DNA of 64,000 bases. It comes from Tilletiaria anomala UBC 951. Lineage: Eukaryota. Of this stretch, positions 51,222 through 61,655 are shown piece after piece (position 1 is the first letter of the stretch; each line of letters starts with the position of its first letter). The notes below the pieces were generated by a model. That model was not told where the DNA came from. It ran no database searches and saw only the letters and a program-made list of their open reading frames with translations. The translations under genes and the position numbers were made by a program. The DNA lies in contig NW_013547014.1 in assembly GCF_000711695.1 (NCBI RefSeq), forward strand, positions 62,001 to 126,000. The letters are read 5' to 3'.

Positions 51222-52046
51222 TCAGACCCCGAACCCTCCGCCGACTTCTACGACCGTCTTGGCGAATCTCTCGGGGTCATGCGCGAAACGCCCGAGGAAG
51301 AGCCCATCGACGCCGTCCTTGAGCTTGTCGAACAAGCCAGGACCCGCGCTTCCGCCGTACAGGATGCGGACACTACCTTCGAACCCTTTGGCCGCCTGGC
51401 ACCTTTGCCGCAGCGCCTTTGTCACGGCCACAACGTGCTCTGCCGGCGCAGGCTCCGAGGCGCCGATCGCCCAGACTGGCTCGAACGCGAGTACGATCTC
51501 TTTGCTCTTGCTGTCCTTCAGCACGTCTGCGTCGTCAAACACGCCTGAAACCTGTTGCCAGCATTCCTCCACTGCGTTCTCCACACCGCCCTCCTTCTTT
51601 TGCTCGCCGATGCAGATCAAGGGCGTCATCCCGTTCCGCAGGGCCGCCTTCGCCTTCAACACGACCCAAGCGTCCGTCTCGCCAAAGTAGCGCCGCCGCT
51701 CCGCATGCCCGATCTCGACGATCTTGACACCTGCCTGACTGAGCTGCAAGGGAGACACTTCGCCCGTGAACGCACCGGCATCTTGGTAATGCGTGTTTTG
51801 CGCGCCAAGGATGAGCGGGACCGGCGGGCTGGCGGTTTTGTTGAACTCCTCGATCGCCTGGCGACAAGGGATGATGCTGAGAAAGTCTGGGATGAGGAAG
51901 ACGTCTGTTGATTGATGAAGCTTCGGCAGAAAGTGCTGCAAGTGCGAGAGGACCTGAGATGTGTACTGTGCTGTTTTGGCGAGGTCAAAGTACATCTTGG
52001 TCGAGACGCCAACGAGTCGATGAGGTGATGGGGCGGAAGTGGCCAT
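51222..52046 (-). CDS. Atypical triosephosphate-isomerase-family enzyme (TPI2/tetrose-phosphate isomerase-like), intronless
   Basis: GAQN, GAFTGEVSP, GHAERR, CIGE, AFEPVWAIG, LYGGS; GVSTKMYF instead of canonical GNWK and GLFLGR instead of GFLVGG. Confidence 0.85.
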   Translation of the reverse strand: MATSAPSPHRLVGVSTKMYFDLAKTAQYTSQVLSHLQHFLPKLHQSTDVFLIPDFLSIIPCRQAIEEFNKTASPPVPLILGAQNTHYQDAGAFTGEVSPLQLSQAGVKIVEIGHAERRRYFGETDAWVVLKAKAALRNGMTPLICIGEQKKEGGVENAVEECWQQVSGVFDDADVLKDSKSKEIVLAFEPVWAIGASEPAPAEHVVAVTKALRQRCQAAKGFEGSVRILYGGSAGPGLFDKLKDGVDGLFLGRFAHDPERFAKTVVEVGGGFGV

Positions 52047-52444
52047 GTTGGCTGCCTGCCCGTGGACCAGGCCGTGCGGTGATTGACTTGGACCGCCTTG
52101 TTTCAGCTGTTGCGTGCGCCGCATCGAGAGTGATAGGCATAATTCTGACCTTCACATTGCGTTGCTTGACGGGCGATATGTGATGCTTTGGAAGCAGCGT
52201 GAACAAATTGCAGCTCGAAAGAGGAGAGTACGGAACTCTCTCCAGCAGTTGGCTTGTGCGCCGCCCACAGGCCACGGTGCACCAACGGCATGTTCGTATT
52301 GCATAGCGGATCATCTTCACACGGGAGTAGTACCTTCCTTTGATGCCATTGCAAATCAAGTTGAGCTGAGCTTGTGCACAGAGCAGCAACGACGGCAACT
52401 TCGCATTTGCTACCCTTGGGTACCAGCGGCGCGCCATCCCAGCC

Positions 52445-53911
52445 ATGTCGACCCGCTCCTCAACGCCGCTGAGCGACCACCGCGGCGCAGGACCTTCCGG
52501 CGCCATAGCGGCCGGCAGTAGCAGCCTCAGCACAGGCACTTCCCCGTTACCAAGGCAGGCCTACCTGGGCACCACGCGCTCGCGGACGCTTCTCTTTCAG
52601 TCTTATCGAGACTCCGTACCGCGCTCCCGCGTACCCACCAGCGGCGCTTACAGCGAGGACGACGGGGGGGCGTACTTTTCATCCTCTTCGGATCTCAAGG
52701 GCAAGCGCCGACAAGGGTCGTACTTTGACTCGAATGGCGACTTGCGACATGATGCAGAAGAAGACGTCCGAGCTGGGCTCCTAAATGGCGCTGCGGATCC
52801 AGATGGATCGTCCTACCCTCCAGCACCGACCCACACCTCGATAGACTTGTCGGCTTTGCCGCCGAAATGGGTCGACATCTCAGATGAGGTCGATAGCATA
52901 CTCGCCTCCTCAATACGTCCGAAAATAGCCCAGCTGGACAAGCTTCATGCCAAGCACCTCCTCCCCGCGTTCACCGATCGGTCCAAGGAAGAGCAAGAGA
53001 TCGAGAATCTGACAACGGAGATCACGCGCGAATTCCGCAAATGCAGCCGGCTCATCTCATCCTTGGCCCAACATACAAAGCGGCAGCAACATCAGTCCTC
53101 CAAGACAAGGGGACCTTCATCGACACCGCAGCTGACGAACCGGCAGATCGTCCTGGCACAGAATGTGCAGACGGCGCTAGCGACAAAAGTTCAGGACCTG
53201 AGCGGCATCTTTCGCAAGAAGCAAAGCGTCTACTTACAGCGGCTCAAAGGCATGGAAGTCCGAGGGAGAGATCTGGCTGCAGCCAGTGGAATGCTGAGCA
53301 AAAATGGTGTCTTGCATCGAGACAGCGAGATCGCAGTTCGGGAGGACATGGAGCTGGTCAGTCGTTCTTGCATGCCTCCTCCTGGATGGTCTGGCTCATC
53401 CGCCCTTCTCCCCCCCCCCCGCAGTCCTATCAGCAGCTCAAGCCATCCGGCGGCCAACCCGAGTCCCTACTTTTGCTCGAAGAACAGGAGCTGGCGTCCG
53501 GCAAGGACCAGGAAGAGGCCAACATCCAACAGCGCGATCGCGAGGTCACGCAGATCGCGAAGTCAATCGCAGAGCTTGCAGAGCTGTTCCAGGACCTTAG
53601 CGCGCTCGTCATCGAGCAAGGGACGATGGTCGATCGCATCGATTTCAATATCGAGAACATGGGCAAGCACATGCATGCAGCGGTGGAGGAGCTGAACACT
53701 GCGCAAAGGTCAGGCGATCAACCTTGTGACACGAGAGAGATCTCTCCTTGGCATGGCCCGCACGAACTGACAAACCCTCGCTTTCGCTCGCAGATATCAA
53801 CGACGGACAGGACGAGTGCAGTGCATTCTCTTCCTCATTTTGTGCATTGCACTGCTCCTCGCCATCATCATCATCAAGCCTTTCTGGCGCTCAGCAAGTC
53901 GTCGAGCCTGA
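52445..53911 (+). CDS. TLG2: Golgi/endosomal Qa-SNARE Tlg2/syntaxin-16; introns 53357-53424, 53709-53793
   Basis: TRSRTLLF N-peptide, LPPKWVD, HLLPAF.DR, FRKKQS.YL, SNARE IAELAELFQDL...EQGTMVDRIDFNIE, C-terminal TM. Confidence 0.92.
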
Positions 53912-54045
53912 GCCTTCCTTCATTGTGGCAGGATCAGTACCTAACCAATCTCACGTGAAACGTGTCTCCTGGCTGCGTCGCAATTGAATGCTATTGCGAT
54001 GCGAGGCAATGCGCGGTGCTAGTCTACTTTATTCGTGCACTTTTA

Positions 54046-57000
54046 TTATACCAGAAGCGCCATCTTGACTTTACCGCGCTGCGTGTTGCGATCCTTTTCG
54101 ACTCCCAGCTCTACCATGCATTTGTCAAAGACGCCGATCGTGATATCTGACGAAACGCACAAGCGTGTCAGTCAATTTAGGTAGCACTGGAGTCGCCCTC
54201 GCGTACATGGTTTGCTGCTCTTCTTACCTTTGCTCAGTTTCGACACTTCCTTCGGAATTGTAACTTGGTAATTCTCCGCGTCGAACGCGCAGTCCTTGTC
54301 GAACGTGATGAGCCCTTCGAGGCCGTACCGATTGACAAAGACTGCGACGCCGTTCCTGAAGGTGCGGATGACGAACGCCTCCTCCTTGAGCGCAACCTGG
54401 CCCGTGCCGACCTGTTTTCCGCCGCCGTGCTGCTCGTTCTTACGCGCGATTGCGAGGCCGACATAAAACTCGACGCTGGCCCTGCCAGCAAATTGCGCGG
54501 CGCGATGGCGCTGGTTGGCATTGCGCAGCACGTCCTCAACGTACTCCTTCGAGTGCAGGTTTGGGTGCAGGCCGCTGTAGTTGATGCACGCGGCCAGCTG
54601 GCGGTGCGCGAGCACGTCGGCATACCGACGGATGGGCGACGTGAAGTGTGTGTACATGCCGCACGCGAGGCCGTAATGCCCGAAAGCATCGTGCGAGACG
54701 CTGCCGCTGCAAAAGTACTCGGCAGAGAGCATGCAGCGCGTTGCCATGATGCGCACGAGCGTATTGAACGCCGGCTCGCGCGGATCGACGCATGCGTCGA
54801 GGCTGGTGGCGAGTGCTTTGGACGAAGACGCGTCGAGATGCATGCCGCGCTTCTTTTGCAGAATGTCTGCCAGCACCTCAAAGTTCGTGCTCGGCGGTTG
54901 ACCGTGCCGGCGAAGGACGGTGGTCTGTGGGAAGGACTGGTAGTTGCGCTGTGCGACGCTGATGTTGGCGAGCAGCATGAACTCCTCGACGAGGCTGTTC
55001 GTCTCGCGCATCTCCTTTTGCTCCACGTCGATCGGCCCCGTCGTCTCCTGCGAGTCGAGGTGGATGCGCACCTCGGGGCTGGCCAGGTTGAGCGCACCGG
55101 CATCGTGGCGCTTCTGCTTGAGCTTGATGGCGAGCGTGTTGAGCAGGCGGATGCTGCGCGTGATCGCGTCGTTGAGCGTAACGTCATCCTTGCGCTTCTG
55201 AGCCTCCTCATACGTGAACGCGGCCTTGGACGCGATGACGCTCTTGTGGAAGCGCACGCTGACAATGTCCGCCGCGTCCGGCGTCAGCTCCCAGATCACA
55301 CTGAACGCGAGCCGCTCAACGTGCGGCCGGAGCGAACACAGATTTGTACCGAGCAGCGCGGGGAGCATATCGATGCGCTTGTCGACCAGGTACACGGTTG
55401 TGCTCCGACTGGCCGCCTCAGCGTCCATCGGCGTCTGCGGCTTGACAAAGTAGCTAACGTCGGCAATGTGCACGCCCGCCTCGATGTTGCCGTTGGGCAG
55501 CTCCTTGGCGTGGAGCGCATCGTCGATGTCCTGGCACCCGGGCGGGTCTATGCTGCAGATGTTCTCCTCGCGCAGGTCGACGCGATCGCGCCAGTGAGGG
55601 CCGCCTAGCTCCTTGGGCGGGACTTTCCATTGGTCGCCCTCAGGCGGCAGGCAGTCAAGGATGGCTTGGGAGAAGGGTCGGTACGATACGCCGTGCTCGA
55701 GGAGGAGCGACTCCTGCTCAGCTTCCTTGCTTTCCGTCGCGCCAAGCGCACGCACAAAATGGCCATCTGGATACCGGCTTGTGGGAAGCCAGTCATCGAT
55801 GGCGATGAGAATCTTCTGGCCCAGTAGTGATTTTGCCTGGCGAGTCCGGATCCGCACACGCGGCACCTTACGATCGACGGGTGTGGCAAAGAGCGACGTC
55901 TGGCCCATCGACGCGGTGATCACTGCACCATGCACGGAGGACGCATCAATGTGTGCAACGTACGACCGCCAGTTGCGCTTGACGATGCCGACGACGCGGC
56001 CGGTCGGCCTGCGTTCCTTGGCATTGGCCTGCGCTGTCCTGCGCGCCTCTTCTTCCTCACGCTTCTGGATCGCAGCCTCTTCGTCGTTGTCAAGGCCTGT
56101 GGATGGCTGGTCATTGCCGCCCTCTTCACCGTCTCCGTCACCTGCATCGCCGGCATCGTCGTTTCGCAACGCCTTGTCTGCATCCAGCACTGCATCGGCG
56201 GCTGCGCGCCACTCGCTTTCGGGAAGGATCTCGATCGCAACAATGTCGCCGTCGACGGCGCGGTTCATCGCCTGGCGCCCGACAAGCAGGACCGGGTGAT
56301 CAAACCGGGGGATCTTGATGGTTGCCTCGAGGTAGTTGTATGGGCTGGCGTTGAAGAAGCCCGAGTGCAGCGCGCCTGATGTAATCCCCGCCGTGACTTC
56401 AGCCGCATCAAGGAGGTCGGGGTAGAAGACGGCATGCTTCTCCAGAGGAGTGGTCCCAGCAGCAGTATCATCGCTGTTGGAGGCTGAGCGCGCAGCGAGC
56501 AAGTCGAAGAGCTGATCGGACTGCGCTTTATCGGGCCATGCTTGGATGTATTCGCGCACGCTCAGTGCATCGATGCCATCTTGCCTCGCCTTGCGAACAT
56601 TGTCGGCATCGTCCGAGAGAAGCATGACCCCCGCAGGTGGCGAGAGGGCCCGGAAGTGAGCTGCGTACCACTGTGCTGCTGCCCGAATCGCGCGGTCGTT
56701 GGTATCGTTGGGCGACTCGCCTGGCGTCCGTGCGATGGCCGTTGCTCTTACGAAGCATACGCGAAAATGTGTGTCAGTTAGAGTAGCCAACACAGCCCCA
56801 GTCAGCGAATCCACAAGGGGGGACTCACTCGCTAAAATCGTTCCAGTAGACCCAGTAGTTGCGCTCCGGTTCGCGGATCAGCGCCTGCAGACGGTTGAAC
56901 AGAGGCAAGCTGCGGTGCCGCACCTCGTCGAGGACGGTCTGCAAGAGGATGACGGAGGTGATGGCGGGTGTCTCGCGGGGCGCTTTTGAGCTGGAAGATG

Positions 57001-57355
57001 CGGCGGACGGCTTGAGGGTCGCTTCGAGGAGGTCAATCTGGTGGAGTACGACGTTGGTGTCGATCAGGAGGTGGCGATGCCCATGCGAGGCAGGCTGAAG
57101 AAGGGGAAGCGAGCGCGACTCGCTGGAGCGCACCGCCGCGGCCAGCTGGGCATGGTGGCCGGCACAACTGGCGCACGCGGGGTGGCCGCAGCCCAGGTCG
57201 GAGCGCAGGTAGCGTTCACGCACTACGCGCAGGACTTTTCCCTTGGCCGTCTTGCGCTGGAACTTGGTGAGGTGCCGAGCACCGCAACCGCCATCATCGT
57301 CGCCCTGAGAAGACGGCGGAAGGGGCCGCTTGAGGATGCTGATTCGGCCAGTCAT
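54046..57355 (-). CDS. DIS3: Exosome catalytic subunit Dis3/Rrp44 (CR3-PIN-CSD-RNB-S1); introns 56747-56828, 54147-54227
   Basis: VRERYLRSDLGC...C..C, IDTNVVLHQID, ESPNDTNDRAIR, SIDPPGCQDIDDALH, VEEFMLLAN, YTHFTSPIRRYAD; final exon ends VKMALLV*. Confidence 0.96.
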
Positions 57356-57826
57356 GGCGCCGTTGGATGCGCAATTTACGCCGCAGGGATTGGCTCTGCT
57401 GGCCAAAGAGCTTAGCTACTGTAGCTGTAGCTGAAGTCGCCTGGGCTTGCCTGTGTGCCGTGCCATCAAGGAGTATGCATAGGCTAGCATCTGCAATCCA
57501 TGCATCGCTCCTCCCAGCGACGAGCAGCACTATTTATTATACAGAGAAGAGAAATGTGGGAACTTTCTGATTATGTAATCACCCCCAGCAGAGAGACGTT
57601 CTTCTCATCAGCTTTTTGACCTCCGAGTCCAACCTGACCAACGTCCATGCTGGGGCTGGATGACTCGACTCGGGGTAGCAGCTTTTCTGGCAAAGTGCCC
57701 TCATCACCACATCTCGCTCAAGCTGCCTTCTTTCTTCTGCTCACTGCAGTGCCCAGCGTTCTTCGTGTTTCGCTGATGGCCCTTGTTGCAATCGGCCGCC
57801 GTGTCGTTGCTTGTTGACGAGACACC

Positions 57827-59228
57827 ATGCAGGCATATTCTTCGACGCAGCGAGCACAAGCAGCTTCGTCCCCGTCCTTTGCCTCCTTCTCCAGCGCTAG
57901 CTCTGCTGGCGAGTGCAATGCAACCAATACTACAGATGCGACTGCGCCACCGCTGCCGCCGCCGCCGTACTTTGGCACCCACGCAGTCGACCATGCCGTC
58001 GCAGGGGTCGGCGCAGGCATCACTGCCACCGTGTGCATGAACCCACTCGACCTGATCAAGGTCAAGTTCCAAGTCGACACACGGCCCGTACGACCCCTGT
58101 CTCTTTCCTTTCCTTCCCTATCCCTGACGCATGTCCTCACGGGCGGCCGTGTGGGGCGCGAGATAGCGCAGAGCCTAAGTGGCATCGTGCGCGAGCACGG
58201 TTGGACAGGGCTCTACCGCGGGCTCGGGCCCAATGTGATTGGAAACAGCACCAGCTGGGGGTTGTACTTTCTCTGGTGCGTATCCGAACCTCGCATTTGT
58301 TGAGCAAACTCGTCTTTTCGGGCTTTGCTTTCCTGCTTACACTTATGCCACCCTTAGGTACACGATGATCAAGGAGGCCATGTCCAATGGTCAGCTTTCC
58401 CTCGCCTCTGCATCGTCCTCTGCGCCCGTCAAGCTGTCTGCTAGCCAGCATCTGCTCGCAGCGTCTGTCAGCGGAGCGGCGACCGCGCTGCTGACCAATC
58501 CAATTTGGGTCGTCAAAACGCGCATGTTCGCCACGCCGCCCCCGCCACGTCGCTCTTCGCAATGCGCTACCATCATCACCCCAAGATCAATGCAACACTA
58601 CCGCAACACACTCGACGGTCTGGTTTCCATCTACAGGAACGAGGGCATCCGTGGGTGGTACAAGGGTGGTGGCCTAGCGCTCGTTGGCGTCTCCAACGGC
58701 GCGATCCAGTTCACCGCTTACGAGCAGCTCAAGAAATGGCGCTCGCGCGTCGCAATGCGTCGCAACCTGCGCCAGAGCGGGCCGCATGCAGCCACGGCGC
58801 AGGACGACAAGCTGATCCCCGAGGGGGGTGTCAAGCTGAGCAACACCGAGTACATCCTGCTCTCGGGTGCGTCCAAGATCGCCGCCATCTTCCTCACTTA
58901 CCCATACCAGGTGGTCCGCTCCCGCATCCAAAACTTCCCTGTGGCGAGTAGTCCTACCTTTACAACAACAGCAGCATCCTACACCAGCATACCGGACTGC
59001 ATCCGCAAGACCTACACGCACGAAGGCGGCCTCCGCGCCTTCTACAAAGGCCTCACCGCCAACTGCGTGCGCGTCCTGCCGGGGACATGCGTAACATTCG
59101 TCGTATATGAGCAGATCGCCTGGGCTCTCAAGGGTGCCGCAGCGGACCGAACGGCAGCGGCGCAAAGAGCGAGCAGAGCCGCTCCTGCAGGTAACACAGC
59201 AGGGACGGATATTGATATTGATGGGTGA
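57827..59228 (+). CDS. FLX1: Mitochondrial carrier, FAD/folate transporter (Flx1/SLC25A32-like); intron 58276-58357
   Basis: Three carrier repeats PLDLIKVKFQ, PIWVVKTRM, PYQVVRSRIQ; SWGLYF and GVSNGAIQF subfamily motifs. Confidence 0.88.
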
Positions 59229-59463
59229 AGCGGATTAGAAAAGCCCGGACAGAAGACATCATAGATGGAGCCATTTTGCCTTTTTGCATTGACCACTGTC
59301 GCACGCACGCATGTATCATTATCGTCACCAGCTCACATTCGCACACATACCACCTGCATTAGCTCAAGCAATGTACTAGAGAAACAATATCTACCCTTGC
59401 AATATTACACTAGCCAATCCTCCCCCCCCCTCCTCACCGAACGGAGCTGCGTTTCAGAATCCT

Positions 59464-60850
59464 TCAGATTGGAGGAACATACTTGCGGAACCGGACGCCT
59501 GCCTCATCGAAGATCTCGCGACTGCGGTCGTCCATACTGTACGCGAGCTGGTACACCACCTCCTTGACGCCCGTCTGCACGATCTTGACTGCGCAGCGTA
59601 AGCATGGGCAGCTGGTGAAAGAAAACGGAGTGATGACACGTTAGGTATTTGCCATTTTATCGCTTTGCGAACCGACGCTCCACTCACGTATTGCAGTACA
59701 GCACCGTTCCCTCCGCCCCGCCCTTCTCTCGCCCGCATTCGAGCAGCGCATTCTCTTCTGCGTGTAGGCACAGACACTCATCCAAGCTGACGCCGCTTTT
59801 TGGTACCTGCGGCTGCTCTTGTTCCTCCTCCTCCATCGCCCCCTCTTGCTGTAGAGTTGCTGCACCAGGCTTTTTGCTCTGGACAAGGCGCCCATTGCAC
59901 CTCGCGCACCCGCCCTCGTTGCAATTCCGCAGTCCCCGCGGTGTGCCATTATAGCCGGTGGACAGGACACGGTTGTTGCGCACGAGCACGGCGCCGACGC
60001 GGCGCTTCATGCAGTTGGAGCGCAGTGACGCGAGCGTGCACAGGGAGACAAAGTATGTGTCCCAGCTCGGTCGTAGGCGGTGAGTCGCGGAGAGGTCCAG
60101 CGTGGAGAGGTATGCGGCGAAGAGGGCGGACGTGCGGAAGTCGTTCAGGATGCGCAGATCCGCCGTCTGCATCAACTCATACAGCGATAGTGGTCGGCGA
60201 GTACTGACACCGTTGCCGCCGCCTTCCTTTAACGTGGATTCCCCTTGCGATGGTATCGATGTGCCCTGCAGTGTGGCTCCATCGCCTTTCGATAAAGTTG
60301 CTGCACCAACCGCAACAGCCATGTTGGTCAGCGTCGCAATCACACCTGAGCTCTCCTCGCGGCTCATGTTGATCGGCGTTGCCGCCCCAACAGCCGCGGC
60401 GGCCGCGGCCGAAGCAGCAACCCCCGTCTCCGCATCTGCAGAAAGCGGCGAGAAGAGAGCATAGTCGTCGATCTCGAGAAACTTCTCTAGAGACAGCGCC
60501 GCTGCAGTACACGGTGCAGCGTGCTGGATGCGCTGCCAGCGCACGAGCACCGGTGCGCTAACCGAGACAAGCAGGAAGAAAGGGCGCTTACGGAACGCGT
60601 CTATGTCCGCGTACTTGGAGAAATCGTCGTCGATGAGCAGCCTGCTGGACCAGTGCGCCGTCGCATAGTCGAGCAGAGCGCCTTCGCTCGTGAAACGCCG
60701 CACCTCGTCTTTCGGCGCCTCGTTTGAATCCTCCGCGAGACAAGCCGGCTGCTGCTCAAGCCCGACGGACTGGAACGCGTGCTGTTTGCGCAGGTGCCTT
60801 CGGATCGTCGCGCGCCCGCTCCCCGCCGGACCTGTCACGGCGACGAGCAT
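59464..60850 (-). CDS. DCD1: dCMP deaminase with N-terminal P-loop-like domain; intron 59612-59687
   Basis: RPSWDTYF, RSNCMKRRVGA, TGYNGTP, CLHAEENAL, T|CPCLRCAVKIVQ; an in-frame upstream ATG at 60976 is an alternative start. Confidence 0.92.
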
Positions 60851-61655
60851 GTCTTGGGGAAATAAGGTCAGCTCAGAAGGTTCCGTTGGCAGCGACGACA
60901 GGCGACCGAACCAATGGGAATGGTGCCGACGCATGCACCCTATCCATGGCCTCCATCCCACTTCTTCTTCTTCCATGCCAGCCTACTATGGATAGAAGAC
61001 CAACACCTCCCACGTGCCACCAAACACGCGACGCGTGCGCTGGGCCTGCTTACGTCATCATCCTTAGGACCCTCTTCGCTTCTTCCCACGTCGTAACGGA
61101 GGCCACGTCTGGTGGAGCTTGCCGCTTGCGATAATTGCCATCGCCTTCGAATGCACTCCCAGTTGGATGCATTGATCGCATCAAGGACCAAGGACCGAGG
61201 ACGTCGGCAAGCTCTCTCCCCCCTCCTTCCCCCGGTGCTTTGCTGGCTGCTTTGTGCAGGCCGGTTGGTCCCAGTGCCTAAATATGCGTGCGGTGGGCCG
61301 ATGAACCTGGCCCCATCGGATCTCATTCGTGACGTTGGTGGTAATCGTCACCGGCGTTCCGTGGAATCACCCTTCTCGCAATCTTCCGCCTGAACCTGTA
61401 CCAAAGGCGCTCACATCCCCTTTCATTGCACACTTAGGTGCACCACAACGAGCTACATGCTCTCACCGTCGCCCTCGTCCCAACTAGCACGCATCGGGAT
61501 GTAAGTGAGCGAGGGAAGATGGACGCAGGGACAGCGACTGCGTCTTGAATGGGAGTCTGATCTAGGCCTCTTATTTCAGAAACCTGCCATTAACGCGTTG
61601 GAAACAGCAGCAGTAGCAGAAAAACGCACGGCAGGCCCACTCCTTTCTTGCAGCC

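Noticed and set aside
54265..55608. 447-aa antisense ORF (and similar long shadow ORFs over UTP5, ARS2, PRM10 and the AhpC-like gene)
   Set aside because: They lie over well-supported genes, lack recognisable motifs and are expected from GC-rich codon bias
57539..57552. ATACAGAGAAGA resembling the U6 snRNA ACAGAGA box
   Set aside because: The following U6 sequence (TTAGCATGG) is absent
59357..59482. Possible last intron of DCD1 (GTATGT donor at 59482)
   Set aside because: Unspliced reading gives a normal C-terminus VRFRKYVPPI*
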